From: Auanema rhodensis
Taxonomy: Eukaryota > Animalia > Nematoda
Direction of reading: 5' to 3'
NCBI GenBank assembly: GCA_964057225.1
Contig: OZ059897.1
Location: forward strand, 13,206,001-13,270,000
DNA: 64,000 bases
The position numbers and the translations under genes are program-made. The notes under the pieces are model-generated. The model saw nothing but the letters and a program-made list of their open reading frames with translations, did no database searches and was not told the DNA's origin. Positions 25,001-40,061 of this stretch are shown in pieces (position 1 is the stretch's first letter; each line of letters begins with the position of its first letter).

Positions 25001-26906
25001 ACTAAAGAATGACGACGTCGTAAGCGTCGGTAACAGTGTCGGCGGCGTCACGATGCTGATGATGATGTTCCGGTCGTCATCAACTGTTATCCAGCATATT
25101 CATCTATCCATTCATATGTTGCTTTCCCTTGCTTGCTAGCAAAGAGAAATCTTTTTCTCTCTTTATCTTTGTCCACTCACACGCTTTCCTTTCTAATTTG
25201 TCGACGAAGGGTTCTGAAACCCGGCCTAATAACATCTTCAGCTTGCCCTGCTCGTCATCGTCACGTTTGACAAGCTTGTCAAGCTAATTAACAGTTTTCT
25301 AATAAATTCACTAGAAGTTATGAAAGCTAAACTTGAGATTTCTCCCTTTATTAATGAATCATCCACAGACCATGTGTCGTTTTATGAGTTAATAGTCTAT
25401 TTTACAATGTTTCTTGAAAACTTTTATGAGTTTACATGAAAATTATCGTTCAAATGCAGTTTTTAGATTATTTTTGTCCCTAATATCTTTAACATTAAAT
25501 TCGAAATATAATATGTTTGATGGAGTTTAGTTTTTTAGTGCCTTTGGGTGATTGTTTCGTTGTCTCTTATCAGAAATGGACATAAATCGAAATTAGAGTC
25601 CAGTAGGCCTCAGATAGGACGTAACCAGCCTTTAATGGCATTATCTTATCTCGATTTCTTTTCTTTTTTTTTTCACTTCTGTATTTTATCTCTCTTACTC
25701 TCTTCGTTTATTTTATTAATATATATATGTTATCTGTCTATTCTTCTTCTCTCACTCTATGATTACTCATATATCTTGCTTTGCTTTATATCTTGCTTCT
25801 TATTATTTCTCTTTCTCTCTGCAAATGATTATAATTTAAAGAAAATCTAATACATCTATGCATGTATGCAAGGGGAAAAGCCACTATCCTGCCCCTCCCC
25901 TTACCCACCCGTCATCATAATCGATCTAGGTTTATCATCTTCATATTTGCTAATATGAAATGTTCTATCTATCTATCACTTCATGTATTTTCTTTTTGTA
26001 AACTTTTATTTTTCTATCTCTTTCAAATTTCATCACCTTTTGCCCCCCTAAGGCGACGTTATGTTGCTTTTCTACCAGTCTGGTTTTTCTTCATCAAATC
26101 ATTTCTTTATTCTTTTTTTTAATGAATACAGTAACCATTACACCAAATGATAATCTCATTTTTTCTGTTAAAAGAAAAATAATTGACAAATTGGGATTTC
26201 TAAATCAATAGAGATGTTTCATAACACTAAATACACATCTCTTCTATTCCTCTTATAACAACCAGTTCAAATGAAGTAAATCCCTCCTGAATCTTCAAAT
26301 ACATTTTGTTTTGCTTATTTGCACCGTTAAGACCTGTCGCTTGTCTCAAAATTAGCTTTAAGTACAACAAATGATTCATCTCTTCAATCCCAAGAGACTT
26401 CTGAATTTATGAGATTCACCTATTCATACAGCCTTCTGTCTCCCGTTCATGTTGCCTCTTCAATGATACTTATTCATTTTCCTCTCCCTCATCTTCCTTG
26501 TTCTCCCTCATCTCTTTTACCTCACTTGCCTATAATGACCGTTCTTCATCATAATTCTTCTGTCAACTACTGACCTAACACAATGGATATTGCGATTGTT
26601 TTTCTGATTTCATACAGAACCAACAGAATTCAGGAAAACGATGACATGACAATGTTAAAAATCTCATTTACACGGGTAGATACCACGCCCGAATACTGAA
26701 ACCAACACGTAATACAACAACCTGACATCTGATGAAGATGAACGATCACCATGCTCTCCAGTCGGTAGCGTTCAGTTTCAGCGGACAAGCGTGAAACCGT
26801 ATTCAGAATATTCCAGTTGTATTTCGACTGGTCTCTTCCATTCTAATTGGTTTTCCGATTGCATTCAGTTCTTCAGAATGTAGTTATTCTTCTTATTCAT
26901 TTTCCC

Positions 26907-26982
26907 CATCGTCGTCATCGTCATCTTCATCATCATCATCATCATCATCATTATGAACAACATTTTCGTTGTCATCGTCATT
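26907..26982. repeat. (CAT/CGT)n trinucleotide low-complexity tract
   Basis: catcgtcgtcatcgtcatcttcatcatcatcatcatcatcatcattat. Confidence 0.8.
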
Positions 26983-29900
26983 TTTCACCTCTAGCATGCC
27001 ATTGAATGATATATCACCTTCTTAAGAATCCTCATCTCAATACATACACTGGTTTGTGTCTACATCCTTCACAGTTATATAGGTATTTCATTGAAAAACA
27101 TATTATTATGTCAAACAAACAGTTATATTTATACTAATACCTCACCTATGTATGTATTATAAAGATGAAGATCAAGGTTTTTAAACATTTTTTGCCATTT
27201 TTTCTCGACAAAGCTCTAACTATACCAGACTAGCCTCTGACCTCATTTTTGCTGTTCTAACCCATCATTAAAGTCTCGTAGAAATGTGTACGACAGGAGT
27301 ATGATACAAACATCTTCCTCTTTCTATATTTCTTGTCATTGCCCTGTGTCCATCATTATCCCGATTATCGTCAACCTCATCCATTACTTCATTTTGACTT
27401 GGAGGATTAGCTGACAGATTTTGCCAAAAGGATTCCAACCCACCATTACTCTTAATTAATCCCGAACAGTCACACAAACGTTTTCTTGTTCATTTGAAAC
27501 GCTAACAACTTGTTCACATGTTTATTAAACTTCAAAGAATATATTTATCTGTGAACTTCAGGTGGTTGATTCGATTATTTCGGATCTCTAGCTAACGGTC
27601 TCTCAAATTTCTTCTACTTTCTCGTCATTTCTTCTTTCCTTCTATCCTTGAAATAGCCAAGAATTACATGATCATCGACCATATATAGCAAGTTCTAACC
27701 GTTTCATCTTAATAATTTCCTTTTCTTGTCTTTATTTTTTTTATCTTTTTTTTTGTCTTTTCTCTTCATTTCTTTGACAACAATTTGAAATTTCAACGAC
27801 AATACAGTGCCAGTCATGCTCAAAATAATAATAATACTAGTTGATTTGTTGATGTTGATAGGCTCTCATGGCCCTTTCATTAAAAATTTGAAATATATTC
27901 ATTTTCTATTGATGGTCATGTCCTGACACTTAATTATATGTATATATAATTAGTTGACACCTAAATAACTGCTGGCTCCAACATGTCTATTTCTATAGAG
28001 CAAGGTTTATCTCTTTTTTTCTTTCTATCTCTAGCATATTCACAGTGTCTCTTCCAACTTTTACTTGTGAACTATGTGACAGATCCCTATAATCGGCTCA
28101 TATGTAACGGAAGAGCCCAAGATGATCCAAAAGGACAGTCAGCTCTTTCTCGTCTCACAGTTATATCTCTTCATCTCTATACTCATTCTCGCTTTACTCT
28201 TCCATTACTCCAATGACCCACTAGACCAACAACAGACACTCCTCACTGCCCAGTTGCTGAAGGCGGAGCCTCACAGGCTTCTACTCCGCCTACATCATAG
28301 TGTGCTGTGTGGTCAACAAGCCTCCATTACGGTCCCAAATCGGATTCATCAGCTGAGCAACCTATGCTTATTGCTTCCATTTATACAGTTTTGACATTCC
28401 AATTTACCTTTCAACCATTTCATTTCTTGAATGTCGGAAATTCTTTCATCATTAGGAGGCTCAATTTCATTGTATTTATCTAAAAGATGTCATTCAAACT
28501 TCAAAAAATTCACATAATTTTCTTTTTTTTTCTTCCAATTCTGGACATCCACTACCTTTTTCTCGTCATAATCATCATCATCGTCCATTCCTCAATTGAC
28601 CGGCAAGTGTCAGCTGAAAAGACATGAAAACCAATCCAGACTGTCGGTTTTCAGAGCTGTCGGCAAGGTCGTCCTTCGTAGCCACTCTCTTCCTCTATCT
28701 TCATCCTTCCATCTCTCTTCCTCTCTCGCTCTCTCATTCCTTATTTTCCAAATCAGACTCATGTTCATTTCTCCTCCCAAATGCGCTAAAATCTTGTCAA
28801 GTTCTTGTAAATGTGTTGACCATTAATGTAATGTTAATTCTCATATACTTTAGTTCATTTTCAAATAATAAATTGTTTTATTGACCATTATGATATCCTT
28901 TTAACACCTCTACGTCTAAATGTCTGTATTGTCTCTAATCATATCTTTTTTTTTTCATTCATTCATTCTAGTTTATATGACTTTTTTTTCTTTTCTCCTA
29001 TTTTATTCATCAGTAATCTACCAATAATTTAAAAGTAATTTCTTTCTAATTATAAATATATGTTGTATCTTTCCAGTTACATCTCTTATCATAAAAATAT
29101 TCAAGCAGGCTACATCTCTAGTCTATCATAATACAGAGCTTCTAAACATTTTTCTCCTATCTAAATCAAAGTATCTTTCCGATATTATTAATAGTTTGAT
29201 CGTTCAATTTTACAATTCTAAACAATCTGATTTCTAAAGTTTTTGTGACCGAGAAAAGACAAATAAATTCCATTCTCATTGCGGCACAAGCCACGTGCAT
29301 CACGGAAAAATTATTTGTTGAATTCACAGCTGATTTTTCATTTGGAATTATTCTTTTGTCTCATATTCAATTATTAAAACTTTTTTTTTATTTCATCATT
29401 TTACAACTCATCACATAACTATTTTAATATTTAACTTTTTATTTTAGAATTAAAGTTTAAAGTGATTGTTCTGTTGATCATTTAAGCTTTCTTACTTTCT
29501 ATGATTTAAACTTTTAAACCTTGAAGGGCTTTTACTTAACAATATCAAACAGTTTTTCAAATATTTCTCATTCTAATCAGGAGTACAATAGAATCATCGT
29601 GACCTTTCTGCTTATATTTTTGATTTAACACTTTAATCCTTAGACTTCAGCTTTATATTTCTCTCTGTCTCTTTAATTCCTTTACTCTTATTTTTTAAAT
29701 GTTCATCATTAAAATAGTTTATCAGAATATAAAATCATTTTAAATAAAAGTTTTCGTCATTTTGATGAAGTAATCTGTCTGAATTACTTATTTTTCTCCT
29801 CTTATCTACGGATTTGCTTATTGTTCATGTGATACACATATCTTTTCTTCAATTACTCCCTCCTTAACATTCTTTGGGGTATATTGGACAAAATACCTTT

Positions 29901-30920
29901 TCTTATCATGTAGGACACAATTGAAATATAACTAGGCTTGTCAGTTCTGAAGTTTGTTTTCTGAGACCTTTGTCCTCAGAAAATTCTTATAAAGTTCACA
30001 CACCTCGAATGTATCTTATCATTGTTGATAACCCCTCCTACCCCCCACCAAACAAAATCGTCAGGATGATAATTAGCTACTTAAGAAGTTTCGTGCTCCT
30101 TCTGTCATCTCGTATGATTTTCAAATCATCAGATCAGTGTATTCTATACTTTTTATAATATGATTTTATTATTATTTTAGCTTAACCATTATATATACAA
30201 TACGTTTTATAACTAATGATCATAGGGTATTCATTTCTGTTTCTACTTCATTACTCTTTTTCAAAGTGTCGACTTTTTTCCCAGAAATGTTTAAAATTTC
30301 GCTTTATCTTGTACCAAATCCACTTTCGTTTACAACATTTTTGTTGAATTTTCATCAAAGAAAAAACAATTTGTTTGAACTTTATTTTCAACGCATCTTG
30401 ACGTCTCTCCTCATTTTCCAATTCATACAATGAAATTAAACGTTTGTACATACCACGAGAGAATTTATCAAGATATTTCATGAGCCAGAATCTTCTGTTT
30501 TTTTTTCTACAATCCCTTTCTCCTTCCTTCTTCATATTTCTGGTTCTTCACAGCTTTTTTTTCTTCGTTTTCGGCATCTGGAGACTTTCAGATTTTGGTC
30601 TCATCAGTTATGTTATTGAAGGCATTTGCAGAAGATTCTCTGAACGACGTTTATCCATACGACGTGTTGGATGTGTCTTTCTACCATCTGCCTTTCTTTC
30701 TCATTAGTCTATCATCAAGCGTGAATACATGCATTCTCTCTCCATCTTCCTCTCTCTATCTCTCTCTCATATTCATCTTATTTGGTGTATCCCTCTTAAG
30801 TATTTTTAAGCTTTCTCTATATCTTTCTGAATGACTTCCTTTTCACTTTTTCTTGTTTTTTTATTTCTTTTGTTATTTAAATATTATTTTACATTGTATT
30901 ATCTTCAGAACTATCTAACG

Positions 30921-33900
30921 ATGGAACGAAACGACGATTTCAATGCCTACCGTGCAATGTGTGCCAATCGCTTGAGAAGACTTGAAAGGTAATAATAGAG
31001 ATTTTCTGTTTTAAGTCCTCTACATGTTAAACCGTAAAAATAAAGAAAAGATGAAGAAAGATATATTTTAGATACAAGAAAGCACGAAGCTTCTGTAATC
31101 TTGAAGAAGATCAACCATCTACGGCGGCACAATCCCCAACTGAAAATGATTCATCTGATTCAGAATATTATAACGGCGCTGTTGTCGAACAGGAGAATAG
31201 CAGCCCATTTGAGATGATTCGAGAAAAGATGGTAAGTCACATTGAATTCATAATAATTTGTTAGTTTACTAGTTTACAAGTTAAAAAAGCTGATAAGATT
31301 CCAAGTTTTTAAGCTGCTTCATAAGCTTATAAAAAAATATACGAGAGTTTAAAAACTCATTACTTTTTATGTTTTTACTTACTTATAATGTGTGGGAAAC
31401 ACGAGGGAATTGTTATGTAGATAGAAGGAGAAAAAATTTATTCGGTTACATCTATGTATCAACAGTTTTTCTTAATCTAATGTCTATATAAGAACACTTA
31501 ACCTAGAAGAAGAGCTTGTTATCATTGATACCTATTCTTCTAAAATGTTCTTCTAAAAGATGATTAACCTCCCGAAAAGAAATAACATTGCATTTATCTA
31601 ACTCAATATATCTCAACAAGAAAACGTTTCTGCTTACTCTTCCTCTTTTACATATTCTATCATCTTGTTCTCTATTTCCCTCTCGCTGTACCAGATCTTC
31701 TTGCCATAGGCCAAATCATAGCTCGTGCAGCTGGTACAATCTGCCTCCTTAGTCACATAAAGGCGAGATTGGTGGCGTACGATCAAGAATTCGCAGTTCG
31801 TTTTGGACGAGGTCGAATGGATTACAGAATAGATGAGAGCCAGTCGAACAAGTGAGGGCACTCACTGTTGAGCCAAACTCAGAGATAGATTCATCTATGT
31901 GTATGTGTGTCAGCAAGTGAACAGACTGTCTATGTCACACTCATAAGTGAAAGAAGATGAATACATAAACAGGGCCATTGTATTTTGGTGGCCCAAACAA
32001 CGTATGATCGCCGGTCCAGCAGACGAACGGACAGACGTGAACGGGGACGACTGATCGAACGGTTCGGCTAGATGGACCTACACACACTCTCGCCCCACTC
32101 AGCTGGTGGGATAGTGCGAAACCTGTCAGAGAGGATGCCAATAACAAATCGTTTTCAAATACGAAGAATAATAGAAAAGAAATAGATGAGATGGTGAGGA
32201 ATAGTTAGTCGAGGTTAGATATACATGAGGGATTTTAAGAAAGGTTGTATAATTATTGAAATTTAAGATTTATAGCTAACTATATTTTGAATTTCTACTG
32301 ATGATATTCAAGATTTGACATCAATTTCTTTCATGATTTTGAAATATAACTTAATGAATTACTTTATAGTATCTACTATTATAGTATTGAAATCAAATTC
32401 TTGACACTCGCATTCAATGTTTAATCAATTGTTCAGAATTGACTGACATTATTCATAGTACTTCACTAGCCTTGCTCATTGTCAATCATTCCTTGTTTTC
32501 ATTTCGAGATAATGTACAAACTTAACCAAAAAAAACGGACACTTGGCCGTGTTTTCGGAGGTCAAACGGCCATCATCCTTTCCTCGCATCGTTGTCGTCG
32601 TCAGAAAGCGTCGTCAACATCATCATAAAACGATAGTAGGTAACTCTCTGTTCATGCAAGATACAATTAAGCGGACAAAAGCCGGTAAATGAAAAGTATG
32701 ATAGCGATTAGAAAAACGAGGGAAATTGATAACGTATATAAGGGTTTCACGCCATAGGCCAAGGCCGATATACACTTTTACTGTGAACAAGTGTTAATAA
32801 CTCTATTCAACGGCTTAACATATGATATCGTTCATCCGTTTTCCCAAAAACGTATCTTTGTTGTTTTTTCTTTTTCTATCTACTCTCTCATTTCTTTCAA
32901 TCATTTTTTGTTTGCTATAGAAATTGGTGGACAGTTGAGGGACATGGCTTCTTTCTTGTTTTCTTTTCCTCTCTCTGTTTCTCTAGTTCTCTCTTCTATT
33001 CTCATCATGCTAAAAGGTCTTTTCCTGCTTGATAGAGCTACAACAGCTTGAACTAGTCTTACCGTCTTAGCAAAATAACCTGCAAATGAGGGCAAGCATA
33101 TGGATGACCTGCTAGCGAACCTTAACGCATAGAGTTCGAGAAGCCAAATGAAGATGATCATTCTGATCAAGAATGTGGACCTCCGATACGCTAATTCGGA
33201 TGCTGAACGATAAGAATGGGAGAAATAAGAAAAGCGAGGGGGATTGAGATTGGGCAAATGGTTAGAAGAAGGCATTTCTCGTTTTGCGTGTATGTATGCC
33301 TGCAAGCCGCTTCTTGTTTTGTCTCAAATAAGGAACTCGTTTGATGATAATGGTGCATTAATTAGCTTTTCTTACTCTTTTCTCTACATCTGTTTCCAAA
33401 CGTTCATTCAGTTTTGCGGATAATTATCATTATAAATAAAAAAATATTTGAGAAATATTTTTATAGCCAACATACATCACAAGAAATGTGTTTCAGGCAT
33501 ATCATGAAATGAATGTTATTTCTTAATTTAATTTTCTTAAGAACGGTTGTAATTTGTTGTCTAATCAGTCAATTTAATTTAAAAAATTTTTTCCTTGACA
33601 GAATTCTCATTACAAAAGTCGGTATCAGAATTTTTACTAAAGATAGAAATTAATCAACTGCGATAACACTTATGCCTTCAAAAGGCCGGAAACTGCTTGA
33701 AAGAAAGTCAAATATATATAATTCAATGACGCTAATACTACCAATCATCTACAAAAGTAATCAGAATCTGGCACCATGCCGTGAAACTCAAGAGGTTATG
33801 TGTTTGACTGTTGTCACACATACCGACAGCCAGATGTATATGAATGGTGCTCTTCAGCTATGATACCTTATAGCTATTAAGAATTCAAGTGCATACTCTC

Positions 33901-36900
33901 AAAGATTTATGGTCTAAAGTATGTAATGAGTTCCAATAATCATCATCAACTGACTATCTGTCCATGATGCTGACGTTCACATATCCATAACAGCATTCCT
34001 AGCAGATGGTGCCGACACGACAAATTTTGTCTTTTGCTTTTTCAAAAGATTGATCATAATTTGAATAAATAATATATGTATATATGGGTATGAAAGATAT
34101 TTTGCATACAGATGTTAGACATCATTGATGTTTCTGGAAATCAAATGACCATTGAAACATGAAGACAAGTATGAGCGATGCCTCTAGCCATTATGTAATT
34201 GAGATTATTCGAGATATACCATGATTCTCGTAGAAAATCCAGTGAAAGATCAAGAACCATCAAGCAGGATTAACTAATCCATAAGGCTAATCATTTACAT
34301 TTAGTTCCTCAGATTTTTTTTATGTACTGTATACATAAGGGACAGATGTTTCATCTTATTCAACCTAATAATATGTTTTAAATATTTATTTTTTTATAAT
34401 TAGTTATATTAAACTATATATTATATCGATGACGTGACTTCAAAGATATTTGAACTAAAGAAGAAATTTAATAAGATGTCGTGTCATATAAGTAAGATGA
34501 TATACATATACTTATAATATAATATAGTATAGTATACATCAAGATTACTATATTTCCAAATTTCATCAAAATATTTATAAATTTTGAAATGAATGACTAT
34601 GATGATGTTCTAAATCAGTCTCGGGAATGCGGAATTCCGATCTTATCGTATTCGTTATTGGTAATTCTTGCAAATCGTTCTGTTCATCGTCATCATCATC
34701 TGTATACAACATATGCATATGCCAGAATATCATTTGATGACATCTGATGTCATCATCTTCAAGATATTGTCCTTGAAATGTTTAGAATAACTTAAAATTT
34801 ATTTGAAGAAATTAAGAATTTTCTTTAAAACTTGCAAGTAACCTTCATAAGAGTTGTTAGGATTCAGATGTATATACATAGATGTACAGCTCTATCTATT
34901 CCGTAGACTTATACAACCAAAAAAAGATGGAATCTGGTCTCAATTTCCTTTTTTGATCATTTTTGAGTATATTTGCCGACAAAGCTCACCATACTAATCG
35001 CTACCAGACTTCCTTTCAACAACCACAGAACTGCAACAGAACTGTCTGGCCAATTGGTACGCTAAACGGTTTTCTTTGATGATGACGACAAATCATCGAA
35101 AGGATGAAAAATGGAATAAGGGCTTCTGGCGTACAAGTATGACTGTAAATGGTTGTAAACGAAGACAAAGGGTACAATTGTCCCAATACAGTTTGGATTT
35201 TTATTTATCCCGATATGCGTATTTTCGTCTGCTGTCCGAACTATGCAATACTTGTGCTGACTGCCGCCGCCACCACTATTTGGAAGAATAGGAGAGGTTT
35301 GCTTAGCCGAGCATACGGCTGGTCAGACTGATTATGAATTCAAGGGATTTGCTCTTTATCTAAATCTAGATTATGGACGCTGGAAATAGACAGCTATGAA
35401 AGATTCGCTCAGTGGAAAAAGCTATTAGCTTGTACATGCGTTTTGCATGTTCTCTCAATTCTCTCCCATATTTCATCGATGTTGTCATAATGTTGCTGTT
35501 GTCTATCTTGCGTTTACACAGCTGACCTCTAGCTGTAGAAGTTGACCATATATGCAAATTTTTAATCTGATATGGACTTTCTATATACGGAGAAACAAAG
35601 AGATATAAAGAGAAACGAGGGAATTAGATGAGGCTGATATTGAAATAGAAATATTTTCAAATTTATTGAAAATTCTTCTTCAATCAGGGATGATGTCGGT
35701 GAAAACATGAAAATTCGTGCTTAGAATCCATGAAAGTCTTGTTTTAATCAAAAAAACTTCTACGAAATACTGTATGCAGCTCAAATCCAGTTAATCTCAA
35801 GAACAATAAGCTCAGAACAACTTTTTTCCCAGAAAGGTTTCTGCTTCTGGTGATGTTTACATACTATTCACAATTACAATGACCTGGAATGTCCTTTATC
35901 CTTGAGATGTCGGAAAAATCTTTTACAAAAGAAGCTTTTTATTTGATTTACTCAAGTCCCTCTTTCTTCTACTGTGACATCATCTGAATAAAGAAGACTG
36001 ATTGCCTTTATCCTTCATGTAATTGTTTTTTCTTGCCTTAGTCTGGATAAAGGTGAAAGATTGATGGCGAATGGATAAGCAGACAAGTAGGCATTTACAT
36101 CTAAAGAAGTGTATTGTTTACTTATACGATGATCTCATCCTACACAATTCTTTTTTTTTGGAATATTGTCGCCAAATAACAGGGATGTGACCTGATTACA
36201 AGATACCGAAAAAAGCAGATTCTTTTTGGTCTTCTATATCTGCTCTGACGCAATGAAAATGTCAGGCCAATCATACTCTTTTTATGAAGATTAATAACTA
36301 TATCAATCTTATAATTAAGATTTAAGCCCCGTTATTCAGCATTGTAATTATAATATTTTTGTTGTCTAACCATATCGAAATATAACCTCATTGTTTTACG
36401 TGATACGTATGGGCTTCTTCCTTCTAGATTATTAACTTAAGTTATCTAAGACTTCATATAGAAATGCTCATTCACGGCCTAATATCATAGATGTTTTATG
36501 AACTTTAACAAACACATAAATACATGTCAAATACATATTGCTAATTCTCAATATCTATAATATAAAAGGCATCTAAGGAAAAAGTATTCTCGGAAACAGA
36601 AACAGAAACAGCTGGCGACCAGCTGGCATGCCGCATCTAATTGACCCGCCGTGGTTGGCTGTGTTACTATCCTTTCTTCATTCATCATTAGGTTTTCCAT
36701 TTTTTTTTGTGGATTGAATAGCTGTATAACAGTCAACTGTAGAGGACAAATGGTTTCTACTACCAGTATACTATGCCTTATAGACAAACTGGCTATTTTG
36801 TTTTTAGAAAGAGACAACAAAAATCTGAAAATGGTTGCATGAGTTCAATGAACATGGTATTCTACAGCAACTAAAACATTCTATTATAACAATTCAGGAA

Positions 36901-38001
36901 AGAATAACATAGATGTAGTAAATAAAGTTAATTTCTATATAGTATATGTATGTGTATAGAACCATACCATACCATATAATATATTTGTGATTCGTAATAT
37001 TATTTGCTCAGTACATGACCAGTAGAAAGTCTATTAGAGAAGGAACTATAGGGCTATATGGTATAGTAAATGTACAAAAGAATTGCTTAGAATCAAAATT
37101 GAATGAATGCGAAATAGAATAAAGATGATGAATAAACCAAGATGAAGATAATGATGAAATTGAGAAGAAGGAAGGATAGAAATAGGAGGAAATGATTATT
37201 ATAAAATCATATTTTCTATAGAAATAACCATATTCATATAATATATTTGAAATTTAATCATCTTCTTTCAGTTTGCTCTTATGGAAAACGATGTTTCTCT
37301 TATTCGTCAACTTCTTAGCCTTGGTGACCAAATCAGTGAAATGAAAGAGAAGGGTTTAAGAAGAACTCAAAGCACTAACAGTATTGATGATCGAACTGAA
37401 CAAGATGAAGAAGAAGTACGTTCATCTAATCACATATATCATGTAATGATTTAAATTATTTTTAGGATCAATTTGAAGAATGTGGTGGCTTCTCAGCTTC
37501 TATGTCAGCAGTGACGACCTTATACGTAGACGATGCTCGTCCACAATATTTCAGTCGTCAGAATAGTGTTCTTCGAATTCCAATTCCTCCACGTGCTAGC
37601 AATCGTTTTGGACCTAAAAGAGTGGTAAGCATTCTGATCTGAAACATATTTTTATATTCTATTAATATATTTTATTCTTTTTAATTTCTTTATTTCAGCC
37701 TCGTCGACCATCAGACCTTGTGCGCCATCAGGCTCCTACCAGAAGCTTGCACATTAATGCCGACGATTCTTCTTCTGATTGTAGTGATGATGCTGTTTCT
37801 CCTTTGTCTCATACTCCATCTTCCGTTTCCGGAAAAACAACAATGACATACTCCAGCTCAAATGCTTCTGATATTGCTTCCGCTAATATCCTTTCAATCA
37901 AAAACCGTTCATCCAATTCCAGCATTGATTCTGGAATCCGAGAATCTACCAGCAGTAGCTCTTGTAGTCCATCTCCCACATTCGAACGAGAAGTAGCTTA
38001 A
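30921..38001 (+). CDS. LURAP1/FAM89-like (LURAP domain) adaptor protein; exons 30921-30988, 31072-31231, 37272-37415, 37466-37624, 37699-38001
   Basis: Five phase-consistent exons; across the 6 kb intron reads IREKM|FALMENDVSLIRQLLSLGDQISEMKE, resembling the LURAP signature LRxEMxxLRxxDxxLxxQLxxxxESIxxxK; Ser-rich disordered tail. The frame is open back to the acceptor at 30908, so an upstream coding exon is possible. Confidence 0.75.
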
Positions 38002-38937
38002 GCTTGTTTTCATACCTCAGCTGAAATGAACTACAACTTCTTCTTGCCAAACGAAACATTATAGTTTTATAAAAAAATCATTTAAATCGATTTAAACAGA
38101 AAACAAAATCGTTCTGTACTGCCATAACGTGAATATACAGTAATCAGGAACATATAAAACAGGGTCTTCTACTGAGTTTTCTTTCGAAACAAATATTTTT
38201 TTTTGTTTTTATTTGTATAGAAGATTTTATTCCTGATTTCTGAATATTTGAATATATTCAATTCCATACCTCATCATTTCCTCTGTTTCTTCTACAAATC
38301 AGAATCATACTCTGCGATTCGGTGAATCCCTCAACTCTCCCTTTTCTCTTTTGATTTGAAACCAGAGTTTACAATAAATTTTTTTTCTTTTCGAAATTTT
38401 ACAAATGACAGTTTTTCTGGTTACAAATGATTAAGAATAATATTATCTTATTTCATCTTTCTATTTTTATAATTTTTTTTCTCAAAAAAACCGATTCAAA
38501 CTATGTACTGGTATACGCTTTTGTTTCTGTTAAAACATTAACATCTTCTCTAATAAATTTTATTCAAATTCTTCTTTTTGTCTCTTTTCTTTTCTTTTGT
38601 CTCTCTTTGATTTTTTAAATAAATGGAAATTTTACTCCTCGTTTTTCCTTTTTTTTTTAAATAATTTACTAAAGATAAAACAACAATTATTCTTTTATTA
38701 GTATGGAACAAACTTTTTTGAAAGCAGAGAGAAATATGAAAGCATAGGTAAAGCTTAATAAAGAATACCTGCAACCAAAGTTTATATAAACATTTGAAAT
38801 AAAAAGAATTTGATAATAATAGTTGATATACGTATACATATGAAAACAAAACAACATTGAATGATTAATAAAATAAATTTAAATTTGAAGATATAATAGT
38901 GAATTGTATGACAGATGGTATGAGTAAAATATGTATA

Positions 38938-40001
38938 TTAGACATGTACAGGTTTAAGCATCTTATCTGATGATCTTCGACCTAAAAATGGCTCTGGTGG
39001 TCCACTTGTAACAGTTGTAAATGTAACTTTTTGACCGTATGATGCTGTTTCTATCAGTGCCTTTCTGTAATCAAGATATCATAGAATTATGATCAAAACA
39101 TTAAAAATTACCCGCGAGCTTTGTGACGTTCGCCCCATCGTGGACAAATTTTTTTGGTTAAATTATCTCCTAGTATAGTTTCACAGAATGCTCGACGATA
39201 TTTTTCAGATAGAAGATTATATAGAATAGGATTACAAGCTGAATTTGAATAATAGCAATATCCTATAATAATAATAATATTAATAATATATAATAATAAA
39301 TATATTTTACCTGATATATAAAAAACTAAAGTAAAAATAAATTGTACAGCTGGTGATACGTTGCCTTGATGAGAATTCATAAAAATAGATAACAGTCGTT
39401 GCAAATGAAATGGTAGCCAACATAAGAAAAATGTTCCAACTACAGAAACTATAAAATTATTTAAATATATTTTATGATAACAGGTATAGCTTATTTTAAA
39501 TTACCAAGCATTTTTAAAACATTTTTAGTTGATCGACTTCTTTTTTCATGCTGTACATGATCTTTTGTTATACAATCATTAGCAGATTTTAATCGCATTC
39601 CAATATGACCATACATTATTATTATAAGTAAACCTTAAATTGATTATCATATATGATAATTAAGTTTTAAATACCAGGAACTAAGAAAAATGCAAAAAAT
39701 GCAAAGTAAATGATTGTTCGTTGTTGTTCTGGTTGTTCTACATCCATGCTACAGAAATCCGTGAAATCAATTGTAGATCCATCACTTGAAATCTGTAAAA
39801 TATAATATGAATTTATAATTTATATATAAATATATGTTTAAGGAAGTTTTTAAAAAATACTAAAGTTTATGTAACCGAGTTCACATGGCAAATATACGAA
39901 AATAAGGAAGTTCAATGTGAAAACATTTCCTTAAAACTAATTAGCGTAATATGAATGTAAGTTATCTTTATCTATTTATATCTATTTATATAAATAATAT
40001 A

Positions 40002-40061
<60 letters not shown>

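Noticed and set aside
26616-26883. Possible upstream coding exon of the LURAP-like gene (NLTSDEDERSPCSPV...)
   Set aside because: In-frame TAA at 26710 and no convincing donor; at most a non-coding exon
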